The notes under the pieces: model-generated | What the model was told of the DNA's origin: nothing | What the model saw: only the letters and a program-made list of their open reading frames with translations | Databases searched by the model: none | Translations under genes and position numbers: made by a program | Part shown: one piece after another, positions 21,762 through 31,594 of the stretch | How positions within the stretch are numbered: position 1 is the stretch's first letter | How the letters are laid out: every line of letters begins with the position of its first letter | Source of the DNA: an uncultured Marinomonas sp. | GTDB taxonomy: Bacteria; Pseudomonadota; Gammaproteobacteria; Pseudomonadales; Marinomonadaceae | Direction: 5' to 3' | NCBI GenBank assembly: GCA_947493575.1 | Contig: CANLRQ010000007.1 | Location: forward strand, 40,208 to 104,207 | Length of the DNA stretch: 64,000 bases

Positions 21762-22664
21762 TCACTCATCTAACCGTAGAAGAACCTTTATTTTTTCCCT
21801 TAATAACTCCCTAAAAGCAATAACGGTCGGTGTTACTTGCTGCCTATTAGGACACACCAAATAAAGCTCAACAGGCGGTGCTTGGTAGCTGGTTAAAACA
21901 GGAATTAAACGTCCATTCTGCACATCTGAGAAAACATCAATTTCTGACCGATAAGCAATTCCATGACCAGCAATAGCCCATCTTTTAACAATATCCGTAT
22001 CATTACAAACTCGATTGCCAGAAACTTTAACCTTTAAATTAGACATTGCGTTCTGGTATTCCCAAAGATCAAATAACCGTCCATTGGTTCGGTATAACAG
22101 GCAAGTATGTTTTCTAAGTTCTTCGGGGTATTTTGGTTCACCGTAGGTAGCTAAGTAATCGGGAGAAGCACAAGTAATACGTTTTAACGTGGCAATATGA
22201 AACGCTATCAAGTTTGAATCCTGAGGTTTACCATATCTAAGGGCAAGATCTACCTTATCCTCAAAAAAGTTTGACAACACATCACTCACGGTCAAATCGA
22301 TTGCTAAAGCAGGATATAGTCCTAGCATTTCATCTATCCATGGCATAAGAATATTTCTACCGAAGTCCGACGAGACAGATAACCTTAAATTGCCAGCGAT
22401 ACACCCCATAGACTCATTAGCACTCACTAACCCCAACTCTAAAGAGGCAAGCGCCTGCTGACAATGAAATAGAAACTTTTCACCAGCAAGTGTAATGCGT
22501 AACTGCCTCGTACTACGAATAAATAACTGAACTCCTAACTCTTGCTCTAACCGTTTCAGAGCTGAGCTTGCTGCAGCCGTTGTAATACCAGTTTGTTTAG
22601 CCGATGCGGTTATGCTGCCTGACTGAGCTATTTGTACAAATAATGTAAGATCTGATGTATTCAT
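21762..22664 (-). CDS. LysR-family transcriptional regulator
   Basis: N-terminal HTH (GSITASA...LKRLEQELGVQLFIRSTR), substrate-binding domain; divergent from the oxidoreductase. Confidence 0.93.
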   Translation of the reverse strand: MNTSDLTLFVQIAQSGSITASAKQTGITTAAASSALKRLEQELGVQLFIRSTRQLRITLAGEKFLFHCQQALASLELGLVSANESMGCIAGNLRLSVSSDFGRNILMPWIDEMLGLYPALAIDLTVSDVLSNFFEDKVDLALRYGKPQDSNLIAFHIATLKRITCASPDYLATYGEPKYPEELRKHTCLLYRTNGRLFDLWEYQNAMSNLKVKVSGNRVCNDTDIVKRWAIAGHGIAYRSEIDVFSDVQNGRLIPVLTSYQAPPVELYLVCPNRQQVTPTVIAFRELLREKIKVLLRLDE

Positions 22665-22786
22665 TGTTAACTTATTTTTAATAGTATATCAATTATTACC
22701 CTGTTTTTAGTGTAGCTAAAAACATCAATAATAGCTCTATCACTCCTATTCAAATCAATCGTCATGTTGAGACAAAGGGCATAAAT

Positions 22787-24022
22787 ATGAAAAATATAGA
22801 CACCTTAGCGAATACGCCTCTTACTCTACCTTGCGGTGTAGTGTTAAAAAATAGATTAGCTAAGTCGGCCATGTCAGACTCATTAGGAGATGGAAAAGGT
22901 AATCCAACTCATTTACAAATGAGGCTGTATGAGAAATGGGCACAGGGAGGAATCGGCTTATCTATCATAGGAGAAGTCCAAGTTGATCCCAGGTATCCAG
23001 AAAAGCCCGGTAATCTTACTCTTGGTCCAAGCAGCGACAAGAAAGGTTTAATTGAGCTCACAAAACGAGCATCTATTAAGGGAGTCCATATATGGCCACA
23101 GCTTGGCCATGCAGGTGCCTTATCTCATGCGCCTATAAGTCAAGCGAAAGGTCCATCTGCATTGAATATAGAATCTCTTCATTGTGAAGGTATGACAGTC
23201 GAAGAAATAGAAGAATTACCGAAAGTCTATGCAAGCGCTGCAAGTATTGCCAAAGAAGTAGGTTTTACTGGTGTACAAATTCATGCTGGTCATGGCTTTT
23301 TATTAAGTCAGTTCCTTTCCCCTTTATTTAACCTGAGAAAGGATAAATACGGAGGCAGTATTGAAAACCGTAGCCACATAATCCTAACTATTATCGAAGC
23401 TGTGCGCCTAGTTGTAGGGCCAAATTACCCGATCTCAATCAAAATTAATGCGTCTGATTTACTTGAAGGGGGTTTAACGGAGACCGACGCATTAGCGCAT
23501 ATTCGTCTCTTAGACAAAACCAGTTTGGACCTCATTGAAATCAGCGGTGGAACCTACTTCCCCGGGGCAAAATCAAGCTCAGATAGTTTAAGCAAAGGTG
23601 TTTACTACAAAGACTTTGCTAAAAGGGCAAAAGCCATCACAGGAATTCCTCTTATGCTTACTGGTGGTGTAAAAAACCTGACAGATGCACTCTCACTGTT
23701 ATCTGGCTCTTCATTATCAAACTCTTCATTTTCAGGTAATGATGCAGACCTAGTCGGTTTAGCGCGCGCTATGGTACTCAACCCAAATTTGGCTAATGAT
23801 TGGTTTGAGAATATCAATCAAGTACTCGACTTCCCTCGCTTTGATTCCCCACCAAAAGAAGGGATCACCGCATGGTATACAATGAGAATGAATGCCATTG
23901 CGTTGGATAAAGAAAATGACTTTTCACCCTCTTTAACTCTCGCCCTAGATAAATATTTAAAAAGAGATGAAGAGCGTTCTTTTACATGGAAACAGGAATT
24001 TTATAAAGATGACTCAATATAA
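22787..24022 (+). CDS. NADH:flavin oxidoreductase (Old Yellow Enzyme family)
   Basis: LKNRLAKSAMS, GFTGVQIHAGHGFLLSQFLSP, YGGSIENR. Confidence 0.92.
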   Translation: MKNIDTLANTPLTLPCGVVLKNRLAKSAMSDSLGDGKGNPTHLQMRLYEKWAQGGIGLSIIGEVQVDPRYPEKPGNLTLGPSSDKKGLIELTKRASIKGVHIWPQLGHAGALSHAPISQAKGPSALNIESLHCEGMTVEEIEELPKVYASAASIAKEVGFTGVQIHAGHGFLLSQFLSPLFNLRKDKYGGSIENRSHIILTIIEAVRLVVGPNYPISIKINASDLLEGGLTETDALAHIRLLDKTSLDLIEISGGTYFPGAKSSSDSLSKGVYYKDFAKRAKAITGIPLMLTGGVKNLTDALSLLSGSSLSNSSFSGNDADLVGLARAMVLNPNLANDWFENINQVLDFPRFDSPPKEGITAWYTMRMNAIALDKENDFSPSLTLALDKYLKRDEERSFTWKQEFYKDDSI

Positions 24023-24272
24023 GCTTGAACTCTCCTCAATAGCGCTAAAACTTACACAGATAAAATCATTCCATGGAAAAATAGACTGCTTATTAGGCAT
24101 AGATTAAATTCATAGGATGTTGCTACAATAAAAGTGAATGATTAACACCATTCAAAGATATGAAAAAGGATAAGGTCTGAAGACCTTCGATATAAAACAT
24201 GTATTATAAGCAGCGTTCGAGTGATGCTCTTACTTTGATTGCTGCTATATAGATTTATCATTGGGATAAAAA

Positions 24273-25250
24273 ATGGAAATTTTACAACGTTTAACCTCTA
24301 TATTTAATCGTAAGAACAGCTCAATAAATCCTGCTACTCAACAATATGAAGAAAAAACTGTCGCTTTAGAAGGTGATAGGATCTTCTTACATGGCCATTC
24401 TTTTTATGTAGACCCATTAGACAGTTTGGGACTGAGAGACAATCCTATTTTTGAGTATGAAGAAACAAAGCTCTGTAATGCTCTTATTTCTCAAGGTGAT
24501 ATTTGCTTAGATATCGGAGCTAATATCGGTTATTACACTTCACTCTTTTCAACTATCGTTGGCACTAGTGGAAAAGTCATCGCGGTAGAGCCTGATCCTG
24601 AAAACTATGCGTTATTGGAATTGAACTGCACTCCTTATATAAAAAACACTCATAATATTTCCTTACATCAAGTTGCGTTAAGTGATGCTAATGGCGAAGC
24701 ACTGCTATTTAAAAGCAAGGATAATCATGGCATGCACAGATTGTATTCTTCCGTTTGTTGCTCAAATGAATCTTCGGAGGTTCAAGTAATTAGAGGTGAT
24801 GATCTACTTACCGGCCCTGTTGATTTTATCAAAATAGACATTGAAGGATATGAGTTATCAGCTCTTAAAGGTTTAAAAGACACCATAAACGCTTCACAGA
24901 ACATTAAAATAATTACTGAATTTTCCCCTTTATCTATTAGCGAAGCGGGCTTTTTATCAAGAGATGTCATCAAAGTTTTAGTTGACTATGATCTAGTCCC
25001 TTTAGAAAATAAAGACGGTAACTGGGTTTCAATCCCTTCCAGTGAATTATTAAAAGCTGCCGATATTGCAGATAGTATTAACATTACCGATTTAACCCAA
25101 AACATGTCGGATAAAAGCAATCAAGAAATAGCAGAAGCCGCACAAAATGCATTAATAGACACACAATATCCAAGACCCCTACTCGAGAATCTTTTATGGG
25201 TACGTCCTTCATCACTAGAGGAAACATTGAGCAAACTGTCATTAAATTAA
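24273..25250 (+). CDS. FkbM-family SAM-dependent methyltransferase
   Basis: LDIGANIGYY, VIAVEPDP, FIKIDIEGYE. Confidence 0.88.
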   Translation: MEILQRLTSIFNRKNSSINPATQQYEEKTVALEGDRIFLHGHSFYVDPLDSLGLRDNPIFEYEETKLCNALISQGDICLDIGANIGYYTSLFSTIVGTSGKVIAVEPDPENYALLELNCTPYIKNTHNISLHQVALSDANGEALLFKSKDNHGMHRLYSSVCCSNESSEVQVIRGDDLLTGPVDFIKIDIEGYELSALKGLKDTINASQNIKIITEFSPLSISEAGFLSRDVIKVLVDYDLVPLENKDGNWVSIPSSELLKAADIADSINITDLTQNMSDKSNQEIAEAAQNALIDTQYPRPLLENLLWVRPSSLEETLSKLSLN

Positions 25251-25330
25251 ATTCATCCAAATCATATTGTCACTTGAATTCAAGTCAGAAAATTTAAGAA
25301 AACACAGCAAGCGCTTTTATAATTAGGAAA

Positions 25331-25807
25331 GTGATGATAGAAATTCATAGATTAACAGAAGCTCATATAGAATCCGTCAAGAAAGTTCGTTTGCTAGAGG
25401 AGCAAATACAGTTTTCATCAACTGCTGAAGACTTTTTATCTGATGAAACAGAAAGCACTCATTTACATGTAATTCAATGGAATAAGATTACAGTAGGCTT
25501 CTTTAAATTAGATCTAAACTATACCTCAAACTACGACTTTTGCCCTAACAACACCATAGGATTAAGAAAGTTTGCCATCGATAAAGATCAACAAGGTAAA
25601 GGACTAGGGAAACAATCCATTAAAGCACTGTTTACCTATTTGAAAGAACATTACCCGACTTATCAATTCCTTTATTTAACTGTCAATACCAGAAACTCAG
25701 GTGCCGCAACTTGCTATGAGAAAAGTGGCTTTGAATATACGAATGAGATGTACCTTGGAGGGGATTTTGGCCCTCAACATGTTATGAGAAAGCAAATAAC
25801 AGCCTAA
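25331..25807 (+). CDS. GNAT-family acetyltransferase
   Basis: FAIDKDQQGKGLG acetyl-CoA motif, LTVNTRNSGAATCYEKSGF. Confidence 0.88.
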   Translation: MMIEIHRLTEAHIESVKKVRLLEEQIQFSSTAEDFLSDETESTHLHVIQWNKITVGFFKLDLNYTSNYDFCPNNTIGLRKFAIDKDQQGKGLGKQSIKALFTYLKEHYPTYQFLYLTVNTRNSGAATCYEKSGFEYTNEMYLGGDFGPQHVMRKQITA

Positions 25808-25892
25808 TCAATTAGGTATTCATATTTCAGAAAGCAAGACAAATGAGAGAAAGAGCCACGATTAGCAACTCTTAAACTGATGTCGCTTTAAG

Positions 25893-26456
25893 CTAAAACT
25901 CATAGCCAAGGGTTGCACCAAACCCAGTGCCACCAGCGTCTCTCTCTTGACCATTAAGTGTAACATCCACACTGGTATATCTTACATCCACCCCAAGAGT
26001 CCAACGCTGAGCAAATGAGTAATCCACTCCACCACCGACCCAATAGCCAACACCGGTATCATCATAGGTTGTTTTACTACCTGAGTTATTGGTTTCCAAT
26101 TCAGCAGTAACAAAACTGACACCGCCACCTACATAAGGAGAGATCGCCCCAGCTAGCTCAGGTGCTTTAAAACGTACACCAAGGTTAACTTCCCCTGTCG
26201 ATGTTTCTGTTTTTACCGAACTACCTGACTCATTACCACTGCCATACACATCCACAGCCAAACCAACGGGTGAAGCGGATGGAAAGTAGGAATAAAGAAA
26301 ACCTACCGTATCCATTGAGTCGTCTTTCCCCCATTCAGCATCTAACGATTTTGTCCCAAGCATTACTTTAAAACTTGATGAACTGTCTGCTGCACTCACA
26401 CTTCCTATAGAAAAAGTTAAGATAGATCCTGCTATAACCCATGTTTTAAATTTCAT
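25893..26456 (-). CDS. Outer-membrane beta-barrel protein (8-stranded, OmpA/OmpW-like)
   Basis: Signal peptide, alternating beta strands, PYVGGG, terminal YEF. Confidence 0.85.
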   Translation of the reverse strand: MKFKTWVIAGSILTFSIGSVSAADSSSSFKVMLGTKSLDAEWGKDDSMDTVGFLYSYFPSASPVGLAVDVYGSGNESGSSVKTETSTGEVNLGVRFKAPELAGAISPYVGGGVSFVTAELETNNSGSKTTYDDTGVGYWVGGGVDYSFAQRWTLGVDVRYTSVDVTLNGQERDAGGTGFGATLGYEF

Positions 26457-26533
26457 TTTTGTCTCCTAGTTAAAGATATATTGATTCGCTCAACATCACT
26501 CTGACTAGGTTACCTATCGGTGTTACTCCCCAC

Positions 26534-26551
26534 ATCACCACATGATGTGAT
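26534..26551. promoter_or_regulatory. Imperfect palindrome, candidate operator for the MalT-like regulator
   Basis: ATCACCACATGATGTGAT (14/18 self-complementary) upstream of the beta-barrel gene; an extra CATCAC half-site near 26493. Confidence 0.4.
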
Positions 26552-26555
26552 TTTG

Positions 26556-29141
26556 TTATTTTTCCTCTGAAAATATTGCTAATTTTTTGGCTTTATTAAT
26601 AGCGGCTCGACGGTTATTAACCGTCAATTTTGAATAAATGTTTTTGGTATGTGTTCTAAGAGTATTTAAACTAATAAATAAACGTAACGCGATTTGTGGA
26701 CCGGTTAACTCAGAATCCAACCACTGCAATACTTCCCGTTCTTTTGCACTGAGCGGGTCAAGTAATGCAACTTCAACCTGTGACCTTTGAACAATGTTTT
26801 GATTCACAATTTGATTAACTAAATGGTGTCTTTCAAAAAACTGCTTTAGTACCTTAATTTCTGTCATCCATGCAGTATTATTGTGTTCTGTCAGCTCACC
26901 AAGAAGCTCTTTAAGGCTGGCTTTTGCCTGCTCTGTATGGCCATTTAAGTCATCACTGAGTGCTTTAATTAAAAGAGTAATACAATGGTTATTTGGCGTA
27001 CTATCAATCTCACTATCGACAGTAAAAAGCGTTTCTATTGACTTAACAGAATCTAGTGAAGCAAGTAAATATGGTACATATAAGTGACCACCTATATGAA
27101 GAGGCTGAGTAACCTTAGGCTGCTGCTTTAACTGGGTGACATTACCTTGATTTAGCTGCAAAACGGCTTTCCAGAAAGCAGGAGGTCTATGGCAAGGAGT
27201 GGGGCTGAGATGGAATAAATGTTCGGCTTCAATAAAGTAGTTCAATGCTTTTTCAAACTTATTATGCGCACTTTCTATTCGGCCATTCAGTAAAGGGTAT
27301 CGGTATTTCGCTTCCGGCATTGAGCCTTTAACCCCAAACTGATTGGCCATATCAAGATTGACTGTTGCCTTATCAACACTCCCTTGTTCGAATTCAATTT
27401 CAGCTAAGAGTAAATACGCATCCGCACTGCCTTCTATTGTATAACCAGAGCCCATATCGGTAATCTCTATTGCGTGCTCTATGACATTTTTTGCCTGATT
27501 TAACCATCCAAATTGATAGTAAAAATCCGCCAGCAAAAAACGACTTGTTATTTGAGCACTCAAGTCTTTTGAACGATCCATATTATTAACTGATGACAAC
27601 AAACTTTTGCGAGCATCCTCTATATTACCGTCTCTCCATAATGCAATACCTGCAAGAGCTTTTGCAGCCCCACGCCATACAGACTCATCAGGAGATAAAA
27701 AAGCCAATGCGCTGCGGGTTCTTTCCATTACTACTTCAGTATTACCTTGGGCCGCGTAAATATACGCCTCTCCAATATTAACCACACCAAATGCCGTGCA
27801 TTCTGCGATTGATAGCTCCGCTTTAGGTCGTTCTAATTGTTGTCTTGTTCTATCTAATAAATACATCCCTTTTTCAGGATCATGAGAAAGTAATGCCAAA
27901 CCATAATAACCAGATAAAACTGGATGATTCTGTAAAATCGAATCACTGACCTCTGCCAGCCAACCAATTAATTGTGAATCATGATGGTTTGCTCTCTGAG
28001 TTGGCCAGTGAGCTTCAATTAGCTCAACCACTTGAGACGTCTCATTCGATAAAAAACCATACTTTACCGCTTCAATGAGTCTGTGTTGTTCAGCGTACCA
28101 AGTTGCAGCTCGCCAATAAATTTGCTGCTTTTCATAGTCCGCTAAATGCGCATGCACCTTCAAAACATCGGCAAATAAGTGATGATATCGATACCATATG
28201 CGCTCACTATCAAGAGAAATTAAAAACACATTATTCTGCTCAAGATAACTAAGATACTGAGCACAATGTGGACGCTTTAAAGCATAATCACACAACTCTG
28301 CTGAAAACTCAGACAAGACAGAAGTTTCAAAAAGAAACTGGCGTATCTCCTCTGGCAGACGGGTCAATACTTCTTCCGTTAGGTAGTCCAAAATATATGA
28401 ATGCGCCCCTCTAATACGAGCTACTGCTAAAGCTTGATCTGCTTGCCCCCGCAATGCCAGAGCCGAAAGTTGCAGACCCACAGCCCAACCTTCCGTATTC
28501 TTATTTGCTAGCGTTGAGCATTCACTATTATCTATATTGTTCATAGGAAGTTGAAACAGAGCCTGAGCCTCTGCATCACTAAAGCGTAAGTCAGCCGCTC
28601 GAATTTCAAGCAACTCACCTTGTACTCGCAGTTTTGCTAAGGATAAATTAGGATCTTTACGAGTGATAAGCAATAAGTGAAGATTACTGGGAGACTGCTC
28701 TAATAAAGCATGCAACAAAGGCTTAATATCCTCAGAGTCAACAAGGTGATAATCATCCAAAATGAGAACAATGTCTGTCGAATAATAAGTGAATTCACTT
28801 AATAAACTGGACAGTACTTCACTGGCATTCACCTCCCCGACACCTTGCACCAAGCTCCACGCTTCGTCTCCTAAGGTAGAGTCCATTTCTTTAATGGCGG
28901 CAACAAGATAGGTTAAAAATACGTCTGGATTCTTATCATTAGAATCAAGCGATAACCACGCATATTTAATACTTTGTTCAGAACACCAAGACGCAACTAG
29001 GTGAGACTTGCCAAAACCAGCAGGTGCCGAAATTATGGTCAGTTTTTGTCTAACTACTTTATCAAGCTGCGGTATCAGCGCCTTCCTTCTAACAAAATCT
29101 ACTTTCGGTAATGGTCTGTGCAGTTTGGTTTTTATGATCAT
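26556..29141 (-). CDS. MalT-like LuxR-family STAND transcriptional regulator
   Basis: IIKTKLHRP N-terminus, P-loop APAGFGKS, LILDDYH, TPR-like region, C-terminal LuxR HTH (LFISLNTLRTHTKNIYSKL); start at ATG 29141. Confidence 0.92.
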   Translation of the reverse strand: MIIKTKLHRPLPKVDFVRRKALIPQLDKVVRQKLTIISAPAGFGKSHLVASWCSEQSIKYAWLSLDSNDKNPDVFLTYLVAAIKEMDSTLGDEAWSLVQGVGEVNASEVLSSLLSEFTYYSTDIVLILDDYHLVDSEDIKPLLHALLEQSPSNLHLLLITRKDPNLSLAKLRVQGELLEIRAADLRFSDAEAQALFQLPMNNIDNSECSTLANKNTEGWAVGLQLSALALRGQADQALAVARIRGAHSYILDYLTEEVLTRLPEEIRQFLFETSVLSEFSAELCDYALKRPHCAQYLSYLEQNNVFLISLDSERIWYRYHHLFADVLKVHAHLADYEKQQIYWRAATWYAEQHRLIEAVKYGFLSNETSQVVELIEAHWPTQRANHHDSQLIGWLAEVSDSILQNHPVLSGYYGLALLSHDPEKGMYLLDRTRQQLERPKAELSIAECTAFGVVNIGEAYIYAAQGNTEVVMERTRSALAFLSPDESVWRGAAKALAGIALWRDGNIEDARKSLLSSVNNMDRSKDLSAQITSRFLLADFYYQFGWLNQAKNVIEHAIEITDMGSGYTIEGSADAYLLLAEIEFEQGSVDKATVNLDMANQFGVKGSMPEAKYRYPLLNGRIESAHNKFEKALNYFIEAEHLFHLSPTPCHRPPAFWKAVLQLNQGNVTQLKQQPKVTQPLHIGGHLYVPYLLASLDSVKSIETLFTVDSEIDSTPNNHCITLLIKALSDDLNGHTEQAKASLKELLGELTEHNNTAWMTEIKVLKQFFERHHLVNQIVNQNIVQRSQVEVALLDPLSAKEREVLQWLDSELTGPQIALRLFISLNTLRTHTKNIYSKLTVNNRRAAINKAKKLAIFSEEK

Positions 29142-29251
29142 GCGTTTTCTCCTAATTCGCAACGCCTCAATATAAGTTATCAAGCCCATAGAATAAAAAA
29201 AATCATCATATAATGTGATTCTGTTCTAAATTGCTAACTTTAATACTAATA

Positions 29252-29428
29252 GCAATCTTTGCACTAAGTCATAAGCGACGACATGAAGAGGCAAAAACAT
29301 GAGGTAAAAAGATGAGGTAAAAAAATGAGGCCAAAACAAACGAAAAAGCAGAGTTTATGAGCTATAAACGAGTATTTTGATTCTTTTTAACAAAATATTA
29401 GCAAACCTAGTAATCATTCAAAGGCTTC
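29252..29428. mobile_element. MITE family A, degenerate copy with 5-bp TSD TAATA
   Basis: Ends resemble GAGACCTTTGCAC/GTGCAAAGGTCTC; TAATA directly on both flanks; internal 13-bp tandem units (ATGAGGTAAAAA). Confidence 0.75.
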
Positions 29429-29715
29429 TAATACTATGAGTGTGTTTTTATACATGCAGATAAAGCCCTTTTATTTACTTAATAAAAAATAATCGAGATG
29501 TCTTATAATTCAGATACAAAATAACTGTTGTTTTATTATGACTTTTATCATTATCATTAAAACGACTTAAGTTTAGAAAGCAGCTACTAAAAGCAGCTAC
29601 TATAATAGGGAAACACAGTTGTTAAGAGACTCGCTATGCTTAAAAGCCATGCTACTTTGATAGCCTTAACCAACATGTACCCCATTCACTCAAGCGTCCT
29701 ACTCTGGTATGTCTT

Positions 29716-30573
29716 ATGAAAAATCGCACGTTTAATTTACAATCGGAAAGTGTACTTATTAGAAATAATGTCCATGTTTCAGGAAGTGGGGAACAAACCA
29801 TTTTACTTGCCCATGGTTTTGGCTGTGATCAAAATATGTGGCGTTTTATGCAACCTAGTCTAGAGGAGCACTTTAAAGTAGTGGTCTTCGATTATGTAGG
29901 CTGTGGAAAATCACAACTTTCATCTTATGACCCGCATCGTTATAAATCATTAGAAGGGTACGCCTTAGACATTATTGAAATATGTGATGCCCTTAATCTA
30001 AAAGATGTGTTTTTTGTTGGCCATTCAGTAAGTTCCATTATCGGATTAATCGCGTCAAAACAACGTAACGACTTGTTTAGCAATATGGTTTTAGTTTGTC
30101 CTTCCCCATGCTTCTTAAACCTAGCTCCAGAATATTACGGAGGATTTGATAAAGAAGACCTCCAAGAACTTATTAACTTAATGGATAAAAATTATATAGG
30201 TTGGGCAAATTACCTCGCTCCATTAGTAATGGGTCAATCGAATTCGGAAGAGCTAACCTCCGAACTAACGGAAAGCTTTTGCTCTACCGACCCAAAATAT
30301 TCAAAACCATTCGCAAAAGCGACTTTCTTTTCAGACTATCGAGATATACTTTCTAAGATCAATACACCCTGCCTTATTTTACAAAGCGCAAACGACTCTT
30401 TAGCCGCAGTTGAAATTGGAGTATATATGTCCAATACATTACAAAAAGCAGAGTTATCCGTTATTGAAGCAAAAGGCCATTGTCTACATATGACAGAGCC
30501 TAACCAAGTGATACAAAATATGATGTCTTACCTTGGACTTAAATTTAAGAATACTCAAGAACCCACAGCATGA
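29716..30573 (+). CDS. RsbQ/KAI2-like alpha/beta hydrolase
   Basis: LAHGFGCDQNMW, GHSVS nucleophile elbow, SPCFLN, GHCLH. Confidence 0.88.
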   Translation: MKNRTFNLQSESVLIRNNVHVSGSGEQTILLAHGFGCDQNMWRFMQPSLEEHFKVVVFDYVGCGKSQLSSYDPHRYKSLEGYALDIIEICDALNLKDVFFVGHSVSSIIGLIASKQRNDLFSNMVLVCPSPCFLNLAPEYYGGFDKEDLQELINLMDKNYIGWANYLAPLVMGQSNSEELTSELTESFCSTDPKYSKPFAKATFFSDYRDILSKINTPCLILQSANDSLAAVEIGVYMSNTLQKAELSVIEAKGHCLHMTEPNQVIQNMMSYLGLKFKNTQEPTA

Positions 30574-31457
30574 TAGAAAACTTCCCGTGTGGTTTATTTG
30601 TAAGTAATATCAATGAAAGACAGATTGAATTTGCAAATAGCCATATTTGCACCACGCTTTCATATAAAAAAGCCGATTTTATTGGCCTTGATGTAAATAT
30701 AATGTTTAGTAAGGCCTCATTAATTTTTCTCGAAAGTTATGTGTATCCCACCCTTTTAAAGGAGAATGAGTTATCTGAAATACAACTGACAATGATCGAT
30801 AAAAACGGTAAAAAAATTCCAATTGTTGCTAATATTAATCATCAAGATGAGGCTGTTTTTTGGTCTACTTTTACCGCAGTAAACCGCGATAAACATTATC
30901 AAGAATTGCTGGATGTACGAGATCAACTGGAACAACAAACAGAAGTACTAAACTTAGCGGCAGCAACAGACCCTCTTACTCATTTATTTAATAGACGATC
31001 TGCAATCGAAAAAACAGAGCAGGCTATTCAAGAGTCTTGTAAAAATAGCTTACCATTAACTATTGCCATGCTCGATATAGACTATTTTAAAAAAATAAAC
31101 GATAAACTTGGCCATGTAAAAGGCGATGAGATTCTCGTTAAAGTAGCAAAAGCATTAAATAAGCAATGCCAAAAATACGATTTCGCCGTAAGATGGGGTG
31201 GTGAAGAATTTTTAATGGTATTTTATAGCGCATCTCACCAAGACGCCGAAGAGATTTGCCAATCAATACATGCAAACATCAATAGTATTTTAGTATTCGA
31301 TCAACCTCTTACTGTTAGTATCGGTGCCGTTATCTATGATCTTACCCCTGATAAAAAGATCACCATTGATCAAATAATAGAAAAAGCCGACGGGCTTATG
31401 TATCAAGCAAAACAAAATGGTAGAAATCAGACAAATTTACACAAGGTTTCATTCTAG
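30570..31457 (+). CDS. PAS-like plus GGDEF diguanylate cyclase
   Basis: ATGA overlap with the hydrolase; TDPLTHLFNRR, MLDIDYFKKIND, RWGGEEF active site. Confidence 0.9.
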   Translation: MIENFPCGLFVSNINERQIEFANSHICTTLSYKKADFIGLDVNIMFSKASLIFLESYVYPTLLKENELSEIQLTMIDKNGKKIPIVANINHQDEAVFWSTFTAVNRDKHYQELLDVRDQLEQQTEVLNLAAATDPLTHLFNRRSAIEKTEQAIQESCKNSLPLTIAMLDIDYFKKINDKLGHVKGDEILVKVAKALNKQCQKYDFAVRWGGEEFLMVFYSASHQDAEEICQSIHANINSILVFDQPLTVSIGAVIYDLTPDKKITIDQIIEKADGLMYQAKQNGRNQTNLHKVSF

Positions 31458-31594
31458 AGAAACCGCCACCCTAGTTAGAATAAGTTTAACTAGGGTGTAT
31501 TTTCCTTTTCAATATACTCTTAATGTCGCCATGCATAGCGCGGTTGTTGGAATTCAGGTACTCTACTCAAAATCGCCTATACCACGAGTCATTC

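Noticed and set aside
29286-29337. Four ~13-bp tandem units (ATGAGGTAAAAA-like), considered as a mini-CRISPR or iteron set
   Set aside because: No spacers and no cas or rep genes. They are internal slippage repeats of a MITE.
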